Part shown: in pieces, positions 1 through 11,198 of the stretch | How the letters are laid out: each line of letters starts with the position of its first letter | Position numbering within the stretch: the first letter of the stretch is position 1 | NCBI GenBank assembly: GCA_041576455.1 | Contig: JBFGKX010000001.1 | Span: 1-51,565, forward strand | Direction: 5' to 3' | DNA length: 51,565 nt | Origin: Paenisporosarcina sp. | GTDB taxonomy: Bacteria > Bacillota > Bacilli > Bacillales_A > Planococcaceae | Notes under the pieces: generated by a model | The model's input: only the letters and a program-made list of their open reading frames with translations | The model's database searches: none | What the model was told of the DNA's origin: nothing | Position numbers and translations under genes: made by a program

Positions 1-1
1 A

Positions 2-424
2 CTTGAGTTCGCAGAAATAATCAAAAAATATGCAGTTGCTTATTCTGTGCATATTCAATCACCAGAACAAATTGATAGGCTGAATATCTATGAAGCAACA
101 AAATCTTCAATGATGGAAGCAGTTATACAATTAGCGGTACAGCCTGATATATTATTGGTTGATGCTATGACTCTCCCGACATTGCTTGAACAACACTCGG
201 TGATTAAAGGAGATGCAAAAAGTTTAGTAATAGCTGCAGCATCAATTTTAGCGAAAACAACGAGAGATGAGTTAATGGACAATTTTGATCAACTTTATCC
301 AGAATATCATTTTAATAAAAATTCAGGTTATGGAACCCCGGATCATTTAAAAGCGCTTCAGGAGTTCGGGCCAACAATTATTCATCGTAAATCGTTTGAA
401 CCAATTAAGTCTATGATTCGATAA
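2..424 (+). CDS. rnhB: Ribonuclease HII (5'-truncated by window edge)
   Basis: Frame open from base 2. RNase HII motifs IDRLNIYEA, LVDA, KGDAKSLVIAAASILAK..RD, GYGT..H, HRKSF; lies upstream of sucC. Confidence 0.95.
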   Translation, partial: LEFAEIIKKYAVAYSVHIQSPEQIDRLNIYEATKSSMMEAVIQLAVQPDILLVDAMTLPTLLEQHSVIKGDAKSLVIAAASILAKTTRDELMDNFDQLYPEYHFNKNSGYGTPDHLKALQEFGPTIIHRKSFEPIKSMIR

Positions 425-468
425 GAAATCTAAATATTTGATGTTTAAAATAAAGTAACAGTCTTATG

Positions 469-497
469 TAGACATTGTTCGACAGGTTTAATACAAT
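469..497 (+). promoter_or_regulatory. SigA-type promoter for sucCD
   Basis: TAGACA (469-474), 17 bp, TACAAT (492-497). Confidence 0.65.
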
Positions 498-545
498 GGT
501 TAAGGTAGTAAATTACTTGACAGAAGTTTGATTGGAGGATGTAAA

Positions 546-1706
546 ATGAATATCCATGAATATCAAGGTAAACAACTCCTCAGACAATATGGTGTCGCAG
601 TATCGACCGGCTTAGTTGCTTTTTCTCCTGAAGAAGCGGTAAAAGCTGCAAAAGAACTAGGCACAGACGTTGTCGTGGTGAAAGCTCAAATCCACGCAGG
701 TGGTCGTGGTAAAGCTGGCGGTGTTAAAATCGCGAAGAACTTAGATGAAGTTCGTACATACGCGAAAGAACTTTTAGGCAAAGTACTAGTCACTCATCAG
801 ACAGGTCCTGAAGGAAAAGAAATCAAGCGTCTTCTTGTTGAAGAGGGTTGTGACATTAAGAAAGAGTATTATCTAGGACTAGTTCTAGACCGTGCAACTT
901 CTCGTGTAACTCTAATGGGTTCTGAAGAAGGTGGAATGGACATTGAAGAAGTTGCAGAAGCAACTCCTGAAAAAATCTTCAAAGAAGTAATTGATCCTGT
1001 AGTAGGATTAACAGGCTTCCAAGCACGTCGTATGGCATTCAACATGAATATCCCAGCTAAGTTAGTTAACAAAGCGGTTAAATTCATGCTTGGTTTATAT
1101 CAAGTATTTGTTGAAAAAGATGCTGCTATCGTTGAAATTAATCCACTAGTTGTAACAGGTGGTGGGGACGTAATGGCACTTGATGCGAAGTTTAACTTTG
1201 ATGCAAATGCTTTATACCGTCATAAAGACATTTTAGAATTACGCGACTATGATGAAGAAGATGCAAAAGAAATTGAAGCTTCTAAGTATGACTTAAGCTA
1301 CATTTCTTTAGATGGTAACATCGGTTGTATGGTGAATGGTGCTGGACTGGCTATGGCTACAATGGATACAATCAGCTATTACGGCGGCTCACCCGCTAAC
1401 TTCCTTGACGTTGGGGGCGGTGCAACAGCTGAGAAAGTAACAGAAGCATTTAAAATTATTCTTTCAGATAAAAATGTTAAAGGGATCTTCGTTAACATCT
1501 TTGGTGGAATTATGAAGTGTGACGTTATTGCTGAAGGCGTAATCACAGCTGCGAAAGAAGTAGGATTACAAGTACCACTAGTTGTTCGTTTGGAAGGTAC
1601 AAACGTTGAACTTGGGAAGAAATTATTGAATGAATCTGGCTTAAACATTATTGCGGCTGGCTCTATGGCTGATGGCGCGCAAAAAATTGTTGAACTTGTA
1701 GGCTAA
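546..1706 (+). CDS. sucC: Succinyl-CoA synthetase beta subunit
   Basis: [51 protein letters not shown]; SD GGAGG before ATG 546. Confidence 0.99.
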   Translation: MNIHEYQGKQLLRQYGVAVSTGLVAFSPEEAVKAAKELGTDVVVVKAQIHAGGRGKAGGVKIAKNLDEVRTYAKELLGKVLVTHQTGPEGKEIKRLLVEEGCDIKKEYYLGLVLDRATSRVTLMGSEEGGMDIEEVAEATPEKIFKEVIDPVVGLTGFQARRMAFNMNIPAKLVNKAVKFMLGLYQVFVEKDAAIVEINPLVVTGGGDVMALDAKFNFDANALYRHKDILELRDYDEEDAKEIEASKYDLSYISLDGNIGCMVNGAGLAMATMDTISYYGGSPANFLDVGGGATAEKVTEAFKIILSDKNVKGIFVNIFGGIMKCDVIAEGVITAAKEVGLQVPLVVRLEGTNVELGKKLLNESGLNIIAAGSMADGAQKIVELVG

Positions 1707-1724
1707 GAAAGGCAGGGACAAAAG

Positions 1725-2627
1725 ATGAGCGTATATATTAATAAAGATACAAAAGTACTCGTACAAGGTATTACTGGATCAACTGCTCTTTTCCATACAA
1801 AACAAATGCTTGAGTATGGTACAAAAATCGTTGCTGGTGTTACTCCAGGTAAAGGCGGTACTGAAGCTGAAGGCGTACCCGTTTTCAATACAGTAGAAGA
1901 AGCTGTGAAGGCAACTGGCGCTAATGTGTCCGTAATTTATGTTCCAGCTCCATTTGCTGCAGATGCTATTCTTGAAGCAGTAGATGCTGATTTAGATATG
2001 GCTATTTGTATAACTGAACATATTCCTGTTCTTGATATGGTAAAAGTAAAACGCTATATGGAAGGCAAGAAAACTCGTTTAGTTGGACCAAACTGCCCAG
2101 GTGTAATTACACCAGAAGAATGTAAAATTGGTATCATGCCAGGTTACATTCACAAAAAAGGTCACGTAGGTGTTGTTTCACGCTCTGGAACACTTACTTA
2201 TGAAGCAGTACACCAACTTTCTCAAGAAGGTATTGGACAAAGTACAGCTGTAGGTATTGGTGGAGACCCAGTAAATGGAACAGACTTCATTGATGCATTG
2301 TCTGCATTTAACGAAGATCCAGATACGTATGCAGTAGTGATGATTGGTGAAATCGGCGGTACAGCTGAAGAAGAAGCAGCTGAGTGGATTCAAGCTAACA
2401 TGACTAAACCTGTTGTTGGATTTATCGGTGGACAAACAGCTCCAGAAGGTAAACGTATGGGCCATGCTGGTGCGATTATTTCTGGTGGTAAAGGTACAGC
2501 GGCTGAGAAAATCAAAGCGATGAACGCTGCTGGCATGGAAGTTGCAGCAACTCCATCTGTTATTGGTGAAACTTTAATCAAAGTGATTAAAGAAAAAGGC
2601 TTGTACGATCAATGTAAAACACATTAA
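1725..2627 (+). CDS. sucD: Succinyl-CoA synthetase alpha subunit
   Basis: [21 protein letters not shown], phospho-His motif RMGHAGAII. Confidence 0.99.
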   Translation: MSVYINKDTKVLVQGITGSTALFHTKQMLEYGTKIVAGVTPGKGGTEAEGVPVFNTVEEAVKATGANVSVIYVPAPFAADAILEAVDADLDMAICITEHIPVLDMVKVKRYMEGKKTRLVGPNCPGVITPEECKIGIMPGYIHKKGHVGVVSRSGTLTYEAVHQLSQEGIGQSTAVGIGGDPVNGTDFIDALSAFNEDPDTYAVVMIGEIGGTAEEEAAEWIQANMTKPVVGFIGGQTAPEGKRMGHAGAIISGGKGTAAEKIKAMNAAGMEVAATPSVIGETLIKVIKEKGLYDQCKTH

Positions 2628-2630
2628 AAT

Positions 2631-2670
2631 AAAAAGAAGCGGCACATCGTCCGATGTGTCGTTTCTTTTT
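2631..2670 (+). terminator. Intrinsic terminator after sucD
   Basis: AAAAAGAAGCGGCACATCG-tc-CGATGTGTCGTTTCTTTTT hairpin with T tract. Confidence 0.85.
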
Positions 2671-2690
2671 ATGTATAAAGGAGGAAAGCT

Positions 2691-3587
2691 ATGAGTCATC
2701 AATCATTTAATGATCGTTTGCTCGCGTTACATTATGTATTTCCCGTCCCGCAAAATCGCTTGGCTCCCCTACTTGAAGTAGACCCAGATTTATCGAGTTG
2801 TGCACTGCTGCCAATTCAGCAACTCTCTAGGTTGTTAAATCTCCCTTACGAACGTGCAAGGAAGTTTAAAGAAGCGTATGTTAAAGCGCTTGGAACACCC
2901 CTACGTCAAGCGTATACCACAAACAACATTACCCCCCTGCCATTCAATCATCCCAACTACCCACACCCATTACGAGCGTTGTTTGACCCGCCGACCATTC
3001 TCTATGCAAAAGGGAACTTAGACTACTTGCTCATGGACTACTATGTAGCTGTAATTGGGTCAAGAGATGCAACTAACTATTCTAAAAAGGCGATGACTTT
3101 CATTGTCCCTCCACTTGTAAAACATGAGATGATCATTGTTAGCGGCTTAGCTAAAGGAGCGGATGCAATGGCCCACCAACTTACTCACGATTTAGGTGGG
3201 AAAACCATTGCCTTTTTAGGGCATGGTCATTTTCACCGCTATCCAAAAAGTAATGTAGATCTTTATCATCTTATGGAGAAGCAGCAGTTAACATTGTCGG
3301 AATACCCCCCATATGCTTCTCCACAAAAGTGGTATTTTCCGATGAGAAACCGATTAATTAGTGGCCTTTCTCAAGCAGTAGTTGTGACAGAAGCAAAAGA
3401 AAAAAGCGGGACAGCAAGTACGATTCAACATGCGATTGAAACTGGAAAAGATGTTTATTGCGTCCCAGGTCCTATTACATCTGACTTATCATTGGGGCCA
3501 AATCAGTTCCTTTTAGAGGGGGCAAAACCTGTTTGGAATGGATATCAAATTGTTGCGGATATGCAAGGTTTAGGGATTCATAAATGA
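2691..3587 (+). CDS. dprA: DNA processing protein DprA (Smf)
   Basis: YP..L....DPP..LY.KG, VAVIGSR, IVSGLAKGADAMAH, FPMRNRLISGLS, VVVTEA...SG; SD AAGGAGG; between sucD and topA. Confidence 0.96.
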   Translation: MSHQSFNDRLLALHYVFPVPQNRLAPLLEVDPDLSSCALLPIQQLSRLLNLPYERARKFKEAYVKALGTPLRQAYTTNNITPLPFNHPNYPHPLRALFDPPTILYAKGNLDYLLMDYYVAVIGSRDATNYSKKAMTFIVPPLVKHEMIIVSGLAKGADAMAHQLTHDLGGKTIAFLGHGHFHRYPKSNVDLYHLMEKQQLTLSEYPPYASPQKWYFPMRNRLISGLSQAVVVTEAKEKSGTASTIQHAIETGKDVYCVPGPITSDLSLGPNQFLLEGAKPVWNGYQIVADMQGLGIHK

Positions 3588-3605
3588 GATTGAAATGAAA
3601 AATGG

Positions 3606-3634
3606 TTGCATTATCCTAGAATCTGTTATACATT
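3606..3634 (+). promoter_or_regulatory. SigA-type promoter for topA
   Basis: TTGCAT (3606-3611), 17 bp, TACATT (3629-3634). Confidence 0.5.
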
Positions 3635-3691
3635 TTGCAACAGGTATTTCTTTTATTGATTTATTAGGAACCTCTATAAGGAGGCACATAC

Positions 3692-5767
3692 ATGTCGGAT
3701 TTTTTAGTGATTGTGGAATCGCCAGCCAAAGCGAAAACAATAGAACGTTATCTTGGCAAAAAATATAAAGTGAAAGCATCACTTGGTCATGTTCGTGATT
3801 TACCACGTAGTCAAATGGGTGTAGATGTAGAAAATGAATACACACCAAAATACATTACGATTCGTGGAAAAGGCCCCGTCATGCAAGATTTAAAATCAGC
3901 AGCTAAAAAAGCGAAGAAAATTTATCTCGCAGCTGACCCCGATCGCGAAGGTGAAGCTATTGCTTGGCATCTAGCGAATTCATTAAACATTGATATTGAA
4001 TCTGATTGCCGCGTCGTTTTTAATGAAATTACAAAAGACGCGATTAAAGAATCGTTTAAAAATCCTCGACCAATAGATATGGACCTAGTGGATGCTCAAC
4101 AAGCGCGTCGGATCTTAGATAGACTTGTTGGTTATAACATTAGCCCAATACTATGGAAGAAAGTCAAAAAGGGTCTGTCTGCTGGGCGCGTTCAATCAGT
4201 CGCATTGAGATTAGTCATTGACCGTGAAAATGAAATTAAAACTTTTCAACCAGAAGAATACTGGACAATCGAAGGGAATTTCGAAAAAGGAAAAAAACCT
4301 TTTGATGCCCTTTATTTTGGGAATGGTTCAGAAAAAATTAAGTTGACTAATGAAGCACAAGTGAACGATATTTTGAAACAACTAAAAGGTGACAAATTTG
4401 AAGTAACAAGTGTTTTAAAGAAAGAACGGAAACGGAATCCTGCACATTCGTTTACAACCTCGTCACTTCAACAAGAAGCAGCAAGAAAGTTAAACTTCAG
4501 AGCTAGAAAAACGATGATGCTTGCTCAACAACTTTATGAAGGTTTAAATATTGGAAAAGAAGGCATTGTTGGATTAATTACGTATATGCGTACAGATTCT
4601 ACACGTATCTCAGATACCGCGAAGAAAGATGCACACAGTTATATAGAAGGTGAATATGGAGCTGACTATATAAACGTCTCTAAAGGACCGGTAAAACAAT
4701 CAAGTAAATCTCAGGATGCACATGAAGCGATTCGTCCTACAAGTGTGCTCAGATCACCAGATCAACTTAAATCAATCCTTTCGAAAGATCTATTCCGATT
4801 ATATAAATTGATTTGGGAACGTTTCTTAGCTAGTCAAATGGCTTCAGCTATATTAGATACAGTAACAGTTGACTTAACGAATGAAAACGTTGTATTTCGT
4901 GCAAATGGCTCTCAAGTGAAATTTCCTGGTTTTATGAAATTGTACGTAGAAGGAAACGATGATCAAGTAGAAGAGAAAGATCGTATTTTACCCGAAATGA
5001 CAAAAGGAGACTTCGTTAAGAAGCTTGATATTGAGCCGAAGCAACATTTTACGCAACCACCTCCAAGATATTCAGAGGCGCGTCTAGTCAAAACGTTAGA
5101 AGAGCTAGGAATAGGTAGACCGTCTACTTATGCACCAACACTTGATACAATTCAAAAACGCGGCTATGTAACTCTCGATGCAAAACGGTTTGTTCCTACA
5201 GAGCTTGGCGGAATTGTCCATCAGCTTGTATTAGAGTTTTTCCCAGATATCATCAATATCGAATTCACTGCTCAGATGGAAAAAGATCTAGACAGTGTTG
5301 AAGAAGGCGACGAGAAGTGGGTTCGAATTATCGATAAATTCTACAAAGACTTTGAAAAACATGTAATACATGCTGATAAAGAAATGGAAAAAGTCGTAAT
5401 TAAAGATGAACCCGCAGGAGAAGACTGTGAAAAATGTAGTTCACCTATGGTCTTTAAGTTAGGTAGATATGGGAAATTCATGGCTTGTAGCAACTTCCCT
5501 GATTGCCGAAACACTAAAGCCATTGTTAAAAACATTGGTGTGACATGTCCCACATGTAAAGAAGGGGAAGTTGTTGAGCGAAAAAGTAAAACAAAACGCA
5601 TTTTTTATGGGTGTGATCGCTATCCAACGTGTGAATTCGTCTCATGGGACAAGCCAATTAGTCGACCATGTCCAAAATGTAGCGAATTGCTAGTAGAGAA
5701 GAAGCTTAAAAAGGGCATTCAAATACAATGTACGTCATGTGATTATAAAGAAGATACACAAGCGTAA
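3692..5767 (+). CDS. topA: DNA topoisomerase I
   Basis: [31 protein letters not shown], catalytic ITYMRTDS, C-terminal zinc ribbons. Confidence 0.99.
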   Translation: MSDFLVIVESPAKAKTIERYLGKKYKVKASLGHVRDLPRSQMGVDVENEYTPKYITIRGKGPVMQDLKSAAKKAKKIYLAADPDREGEAIAWHLANSLNIDIESDCRVVFNEITKDAIKESFKNPRPIDMDLVDAQQARRILDRLVGYNISPILWKKVKKGLSAGRVQSVALRLVIDRENEIKTFQPEEYWTIEGNFEKGKKPFDALYFGNGSEKIKLTNEAQVNDILKQLKGDKFEVTSVLKKERKRNPAHSFTTSSLQQEAARKLNFRARKTMMLAQQLYEGLNIGKEGIVGLITYMRTDSTRISDTAKKDAHSYIEGEYGADYINVSKGPVKQSSKSQDAHEAIRPTSVLRSPDQLKSILSKDLFRLYKLIWERFLASQMASAILDTVTVDLTNENVVFRANGSQVKFPGFMKLYVEGNDDQVEEKDRILPEMTKGDFVKKLDIEPKQHFTQPPPRYSEARLVKTLEELGIGRPSTYAPTLDTIQKRGYVTLDAKRFVPTELGGIVHQLVLEFFPDIINIEFTAQMEKDLDSVEEGDEKWVRIIDKFYKDFEKHVIHADKEMEKVVIKDEPAGEDCEKCSSPMVFKLGRYGKFMACSNFPDCRNTKAIVKNIGVTCPTCKEGEVVERKSKTKRIFYGCDRYPTCEFVSWDKPISRPCPKCSELLVEKKLKKGIQIQCTSCDYKEDTQA

Positions 5768-5790
5768 CAAAAAGAAGGTTGGTGTAGAAA

Positions 5791-7098
5791 TTGACAATCG
5801 TCAATGTAATTGGAGCAGGATTAGCTGGAAGTGAAGCCGCGTGGCAAATCGCCAAAAGAGGTGTTCGTGTTCGATTATTCGAAATGCGTCCGGTCAAACA
5901 AACACCTGCCCATCACACGGATAAATTCGCTGAGCTGGTTTGCTCAAATTCTTTACGTGCCAACACATTAACAAATGCAGTCGGCGTCATTAAAGAAGAA
6001 ATGAGAATGTTGGATTCCGTTATCATGGGGGCAGCAGATCAATGTGCTGTACCGGCAGGAGGCGCACTCGCTGTTGATCGCCATGAATTTGCAGGTTATG
6101 TAACAGAAAAAGTGAAGAATCATCCTTTGGTTGAAGTGATTAATGAAGAAGTAACGGAAATTCCAGAAGGCATTACTATCATTGCTACAGGACCATTAAC
6201 TTCTCAAACACTAGCAGAAAAAATTCAACAATTGACAGGTCAAGATTATTTATACTTTTACGATGCTGCTGCACCTATTGTTGAAAAAGATAGCATTAAC
6301 ATGGATAAAGTGTACGTGAAATCTCGCTACGACAAAGGGGAAGCTGCATACATTAATTGTCCAATGACAGAAGAAGAGTTCGATCGTTTTTACGATGCAC
6401 TTATTTCAGGTGAGGTTGTTCCATTAAAAGAATTTGAAAAAGAGATTTATTTCGAAGGGTGCATGCCATTTGAAGTGATGGCTGAACGCGGGAAAAAGAC
6501 TTTATTATTCGGCCCAATGAAGCCGGTGGGACTTGAAAATCCAAAGACTGGAAAAACACCTTTTGCGGTTGTTCAGTTAAGACAAGACGATGCGGCAGGC
6601 ACACTATACAACATTGTCGGTTTTCAGACACATTTAAAATGGGGACCACAAAAAGAAATTTTACGCTTAATTCCAGGGCTTGAAAACGTTGAAATTGTCA
6701 GGTATGGAGTTATGCATCGTAATACGTTTATTAATTCACCTCGGACTTTAAGACCGACCTATCAAATGAAAACAAACAGTCAATTGTTCTTTGCTGGACA
6801 AATGACAGGAGTTGAAGGATATGTAGAATCGGCTGGAAGTGGCTTGATAGCAGGGATTAATGCTGCAAAATTAGCACTTGGCGAAGAGTTGTTGATATTC
6901 CCAGAAGAAACAGCACTGGGAAGTTTGGCTAGATATATAACAGAAGCCGACCCAAGAAACTTCCAACCAATGAATGTCAATTTTGGTTTATTTCCGGAAT
7001 TGCCTAGACGTTACAAAACAAAAGAAAAACGTGGTGAAAAACAAGCGGAACGAGCGCTTGCAACAATTCGAAATTTTATGAATTCACAATCCATATAA
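5791..7098 (+). CDS. trmFO: FADH2/folate-dependent tRNA (uracil-54)-methyltransferase
   Basis: [46 protein letters not shown]; TTG start. Confidence 0.98.
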   Translation: MTIVNVIGAGLAGSEAAWQIAKRGVRVRLFEMRPVKQTPAHHTDKFAELVCSNSLRANTLTNAVGVIKEEMRMLDSVIMGAADQCAVPAGGALAVDRHEFAGYVTEKVKNHPLVEVINEEVTEIPEGITIIATGPLTSQTLAEKIQQLTGQDYLYFYDAAAPIVEKDSINMDKVYVKSRYDKGEAAYINCPMTEEEFDRFYDALISGEVVPLKEFEKEIYFEGCMPFEVMAERGKKTLLFGPMKPVGLENPKTGKTPFAVVQLRQDDAAGTLYNIVGFQTHLKWGPQKEILRLIPGLENVEIVRYGVMHRNTFINSPRTLRPTYQMKTNSQLFFAGQMTGVEGYVESAGSGLIAGINAAKLALGEELLIFPEETALGSLARYITEADPRNFQPMNVNFGLFPELPRRYKTKEKRGEKQAERALATIRNFMNSQSI

Positions 7099-7128
7099 TT
7101 GCTGAAAGCCTCTAATTATTGTTATAAT
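7099..7128 (+). promoter_or_regulatory. SigA promoter for xerC-hslVU-codY
   Basis: TTGCTG (7099-7104), 18 bp, extended -10 TGtTATAAT (7120-7128). Confidence 0.6.
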
Positions 7129-7141
7129 TTAGAGGCTTTTT
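7105..7141 (+). terminator. Hairpin/terminator after trmFO
   Basis: AAAGCCTCTAA (7105-7115) pairs with TTAGAGGCTTT (7129-7139), followed by T residues. Confidence 0.7.
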
Positions 7142-7162
7142 ACTTTGGGGGTGAAAATAACA

Positions 7163-8056
7163 TTGTCTCCGTCAGAAGCTCTAACTCAATTTAAAAGCTA
7201 CATCCAACTTGAAAAAAATTATTCAGAACACACTGTTCGTGAATATGAATCAGATCTTCTTTACTTTTTCGATTTCTTACATGCAGAAGGTATAACCAAT
7301 CTAAATGATGTCGAATACATCCACGCAAGGCTATATGTCACTAAATTGTACGATGAATCTCTTTCACGTACTTCAATTTCAAGAAAAATATCAGCGATTC
7401 GTTCTTTCTTTAAGTTCGGCAATCGTGAGTTTGGTTTAAAAGAAGATGCTTTTCGCTCGTTATATCATCCGAAAAAAGAGGAACGTCTTCCTCACTTTTT
7501 TTATGAAGAAGAATTACAACAACTGTTTCTAGCAACGGAAGGTGAAACGCCTATGGCACTTCGCAACCGAGCGATTCTTGAACTGTTGTATGCAACTGGA
7601 ATTCGAGTAAGTGAATTAACATCTTTAGAAGAACGAGATATTGATATGCGACTTGGCATATTACGTGTGATGGGAAAAGGTCGCAAAGAGAGATACGTAC
7701 CTTTTGGTCAATTTGCTCAAGATGCATTGGAACACTATATGAACTTTTCGCGTCCTAAGTTAATGAAGCAGTTAAAACACTCTTTTGTATTTACAAATAT
7801 GCGAGGACAAGTTTTAACGCCTCGGGGTGTCAGATTTATTCTAAGTGACTTAGTAAAAAACGCGTCATTGCATACAAAAATTTATCCGCATATGCTTAGG
7901 CATACTTTTGCCACGCATTTGCTAAATAATGGGGCAGACTTGCGAACAGTGCAAGAACTACTTGGTCATAGTCATTTATCTTCGACGCAAGTTTATACGC
8001 ACGTTACCAAAGAACATTTACGAAAAACTTATATGAATGCCCATCCAAGAGCATAA
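7163..8056 (+). CDS. xerC: Tyrosine recombinase XerC (CodV)
   Basis: Catalytic R-K-H-R-H-Y set: YATGIRVSE, GKGRKER, PHMLRHTFATH, LLGH, TQVYTH. SD GGGGGTG before TTG 7163; first gene of the cod operon. Confidence 0.95.
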   Translation: MSPSEALTQFKSYIQLEKNYSEHTVREYESDLLYFFDFLHAEGITNLNDVEYIHARLYVTKLYDESLSRTSISRKISAIRSFFKFGNREFGLKEDAFRSLYHPKKEERLPHFFYEEELQQLFLATEGETPMALRNRAILELLYATGIRVSELTSLEERDIDMRLGILRVMGKGRKERYVPFGQFAQDALEHYMNFSRPKLMKQLKHSFVFTNMRGQVLTPRGVRFILSDLVKNASLHTKIYPHMLRHTFATHLLNNGADLRTVQELLGHSHLSSTQVYTHVTKEHLRKTYMNAHPRA

Positions 8057-8087
8057 TGAAGGATGAGCTAAACGAGAGGTGAACATC

Positions 8088-8636
8088 ATGGGAGAAATAC
8101 ATGCAACCACGATTTTTGCAATACAACATAAAGGGAAATCTGCGATGTCTGGTGACGGTCAAGTTACACTAGGAAATCAAGTCGTGATGAAACATACAGC
8201 TAAAAAAGTAAGACGTTTATATAATGGTGCAGTCCTAGCAGGTTTTGCTGGTTCTGTAGCTGATGCTTTTACTTTATTTGAAATGTTTGAAACGAAATTG
8301 ATGGAGTATGATGGAAATTTACAGCGGGCTGCTGTTGAACTTGCGCAACAATGGAGAGGCGACAAAATGTTAAGAAGACTTGAAGCGATGTTACTTGTGA
8401 TGAATGAAGAAACGCTTTTATTAGTTTCGGGAACAGGTGAAGTGATTGAACCAGATGATGGCATCTTAGCCATTGGTTCAGGTGGGAATTTTGCGTTAGC
8501 TGCAGGACGTGCTTTAAAACAGTATGCAGGTGAGACAATGAATGCAAAAGAAATCGCTAAAGCCGCACTTACTACTGCTGCAGATATTTGTGTTTTTACC
8601 AATCATCAAATTATTGTGGAGGCGTTAAGTGAATGA
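8088..8636 (+). CDS. hslV: ATP-dependent protease peptidase subunit HslV (ClpQ/CodW)
   Basis: [37 protein letters not shown]; SD GAGGTG before ATG 8088. Confidence 0.98.
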   Translation: MGEIHATTIFAIQHKGKSAMSGDGQVTLGNQVVMKHTAKKVRRLYNGAVLAGFAGSVADAFTLFEMFETKLMEYDGNLQRAAVELAQQWRGDKMLRRLEAMLLVMNEETLLLVSGTGEVIEPDDGILAIGSGGNFALAAGRALKQYAGETMNAKEIAKAALTTAADICVFTNHQIIVEALSE

Positions 8637-10027
8637 AAAAACAACCATTAACACCAAAACAAATAACTGAGCATTTAGATCGTTTTATTGTTGGACAAAA
8701 AGAGGCAAAAAAATCAGTAGCGGTTGCTTTACGTAACCGTTATCGTAGAAGTTTATTGTCTGCTGAAATGAAAAATGAAGTAATTCCGAAAAACATATTA
8801 ATGATTGGGCCTACGGGTGTGGGGAAAACGGAGATTGCAAGAAGAATTGCTAAACTCACAAACGCCCCATTTATCAAGGTAGAAGCGACCAAATTTACTG
8901 AAGTCGGATATGTTGGTCGTGACGTGGAATCAATGATACGTGATTTGACCGAAGCGGCTGTAAGGATTGTAAAAGAAGAAATGACCGATGGGGTAAAAGA
9001 TCAAGCAGAACGTTTGGCAAATGATGAAATTGTTCGTTTGCTCGTTCCTTCCTTGAAAAAGAAACATAATTCACAAAATCCTTTTGAAATGTTATTTGGA
9101 CAAAAAGCAGAACAAGAAGAACCTCAAACGGATGACACGGATATCCGGATAAAACGTTCTCAAATTGCTGAAGATTTAAGAGATGGTAAACTTGAGGAAG
9201 AGTGGGTAACCTTCGAGTTAACAGAACAAACGCCTACGATGTTTGACGCTTTTCAAGGTTCAGGAATGGAAAGCATGGGTCAAAACATGCAAGATGCATT
9301 TGCAAACTTGATGCCAAAGAAAAAGAAAAAGCGTCGTTTACAAGTAAAAGATGCTCGACGACTTTTAATCATTGAAGAAGCCAATAAACTAATTGATTCA
9401 GAAGAAGTTGCTCAAAAATCAGTTGAACGTGCAGAACAAACAGGAATTGTCTTTATTGATGAAATTGATAAGATTGCAAGTAAAGGCGGAAATGCTTCAT
9501 CTGCTGATGTTTCTCGGGAGGGTGTCCAACGTGACATTTTACCTATAGTGGAAGGATCGACCGTGCAGACGAAGTATGGTGCCGTTAAAACTGACTATAT
9601 GTTATTCATTGCTGCTGGAGCATTCCATATGGCGAAGCCATCTGATTTAATTCCAGAGTTACAAGGTCGATTCCCTGTCCGCGTTGAACTTGAAAAGTTA
9701 TTAAAAGAAGACTTCATACGCATTTTAAAAGAACCAGACCACTCATTAATTCGTCAGTATAAATCATTGCTTGAAACAGAAGGCATTACGCTCGACTTTA
9801 CCGATGGAGCGATTGAACGAATTGCAGAAATTGCAACGGAAGTAAATCAAGAAACGGATAATATTGGGGCACGTCGATTGCATACGATTTTAGAAAAGTT
9901 ACTGGAAGAACTTTCATTCGAAGCTTCTGACATTTCTCCGGCACATATCGACATTACGCCGACATATGTAGACCAAAAACTCGGAAATATCGTAAAAAAC
10001 AAGGATTTGTCACAATTTATTTTATAA
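8633..10027 (+). CDS. hslU: ATP-dependent protease ATPase subunit HslU (ClpY/CodX)
   Basis: Walker A GPTGVGKT, pore loop [20 protein letters not shown]-terminal DLSQFIL. Confidence 0.99.
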   Translation: MKKQPLTPKQITEHLDRFIVGQKEAKKSVAVALRNRYRRSLLSAEMKNEVIPKNILMIGPTGVGKTEIARRIAKLTNAPFIKVEATKFTEVGYVGRDVESMIRDLTEAAVRIVKEEMTDGVKDQAERLANDEIVRLLVPSLKKKHNSQNPFEMLFGQKAEQEEPQTDDTDIRIKRSQIAEDLRDGKLEEEWVTFELTEQTPTMFDAFQGSGMESMGQNMQDAFANLMPKKKKKRRLQVKDARRLLIIEEANKLIDSEEVAQKSVERAEQTGIVFIDEIDKIASKGGNASSADVSREGVQRDILPIVEGSTVQTKYGAVKTDYMLFIAAGAFHMAKPSDLIPELQGRFPVRVELEKLLKEDFIRILKEPDHSLIRQYKSLLETEGITLDFTDGAIERIAEIATEVNQETDNIGARRLHTILEKLLEELSFEASDISPAHIDITPTYVDQKLGNIVKNKDLSQFIL

Positions 10028-10111
10028 GTTAAGGCATATCAGTTTCAAAAACAATTAAAAACCTTTAGAATATTGAATAAATAGCAGTACCCATTATAGG
10101 AGGCCATATTA

Positions 10112-10891
10112 ATGAATTTATTAGTAAAAACAAGAAAAATTAACTCTATGCTTCAAGCGTCAGCTGGGAAGCCAGTTAACTTTAAAGAAATGTCAGCAAC
10201 TCTTAGCAATGTGATTGAATGTAACGTCTTTATTGTTAGTCGTAAAGGGAAATTATTAGGTTTTGAAATTAATCAACAAATTGAGAATGAACGAATGATT
10301 AAAATGATGGAAGAGCGTCAATTCCCAGAAGAGTACACAAAAAATTTATTTAATGTGAGTGAAACTTCTTCTAACCTGGATGTGTACAGCGAACATACAG
10401 TATTCCCAATTGAAAACCGCGAATTATTTAAAGACGGATTAACAACGATTGTTCCAATCATTGGTGGTGGTGATCGTTTAGGTACGTTAATTCTTGGTCG
10501 TGTTAAGGACGAGTTTCATGATGACGATTTAATCTTAGGTGAATATGGCGCAACAGTTGTAGGCATGGAAATTTTACGTGAAAAGTCTGAACAAATCGAA
10601 GTAGAAGCACGTAGTAAAGCAATTGTACAAATGGCGATAAACTCTTTATCATACAGTGAATTAGAAGCGATTGAGCATATCTTTGAAGAACTTGACGGAA
10701 ACGAAGGCCTGCTCGTTGCTTCAAAAATTGCGGATCGTGTAGGCATTACTCGTTCAGTAATTGTTAATGCTTTACGTAAATTAGAAAGTGCTGGTGTTAT
10801 CGAGTCTCGTTCTTTAGGGATGAAGGGAACTTACATCAAAGTTTTAAATAATAAATTCTTAAACGAACTAGCTCAACTGAAATTAAAATAA
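10112..10891 (+). CDS. codY: GTP/BCAA-sensing pleiotropic repressor CodY
   Basis: 259 aa; [46 protein letters not shown]. Confidence 0.99.
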   Translation: MNLLVKTRKINSMLQASAGKPVNFKEMSATLSNVIECNVFIVSRKGKLLGFEINQQIENERMIKMMEERQFPEEYTKNLFNVSETSSNLDVYSEHTVFPIENRELFKDGLTTIVPIIGGGDRLGTLILGRVKDEFHDDDLILGEYGATVVGMEILREKSEQIEVEARSKAIVQMAINSLSYSELEAIEHIFEELDGNEGLLVASKIADRVGITRSVIVNALRKLESAGVIESRSLGMKGTYIKVLNNKFLNELAQLKLK

Positions 10892-10905
10892 GCTTTAACT
10901 AACGT

Positions 10906-10945
10906 ATCAATCACAAAGAGTATTTCTTTGTGATTGATTTTTTTT
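10906..10945 (+). terminator. Intrinsic terminator after codY
   Basis: ATCAATCACAAAGA-gtatt-TCTTTGTGATTGAT followed by a T run. Confidence 0.85.
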
Positions 10946-11052
10946 GATTGGAACCTTGCGATTAGATTTCTTCGTCGTCGTTAATAGATGGATTTGACTT
11001 GTTATACTTACTCCACGTGTGGCTTAATAATTTATGTTTTTTATTTAAACAC

Positions 11053-11081
11053 TTGCTAGATTGTTTGTAATATGGTATATT
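11053..11081 (+). promoter_or_regulatory. SigA promoter for rpsB-tsf
   Basis: TTGCTA, 17 bp, TGgTATATT extended -10. Confidence 0.7.
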
Positions 11082-11088
11082 TTCAAAT

Positions 11089-11172
11089 GGTGTTATCACA
11101 CACGTATTTGGATAGTGACAAGTGGTCCTTAGAAATAAGGTCTTGAGCGCTAGTTGAAGAATGCGGAGGAAA
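11089..11172 (+). promoter_or_regulatory. Ribosomal protein S2 autoregulatory leader (putative)
   Basis: 5' UTR with GGTGT...ACACACG at its start and TGCGGAGG at its end, resembling Firmicutes rpsB leaders. Boundaries approximate. Confidence 0.6.
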
Positions 11173-11198
11173 AAAACCATATCAGGAGGAAACAAAAC

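Noticed and set aside
7163-8056. Tyrosine recombinase as a sign of a prophage or integrative element
   Set aside because: It sits in the conserved trmFO-xerC-hslVU-codY context, with no att repeats or cargo genes; this is housekeeping XerC.
10060-10074. Possible CodY box AACCTTTAGAATATT upstream of codY
   Set aside because: Four mismatches to AATTTTCWGAAAATT in AT-rich DNA; not distinguishable from chance without footprinting.
10962-11195. 77-aa minus-strand ORF in the codY-rpsB gap
   Set aside because: Antisense to the rpsB promoter and leader, with no recognisable domain or SD.
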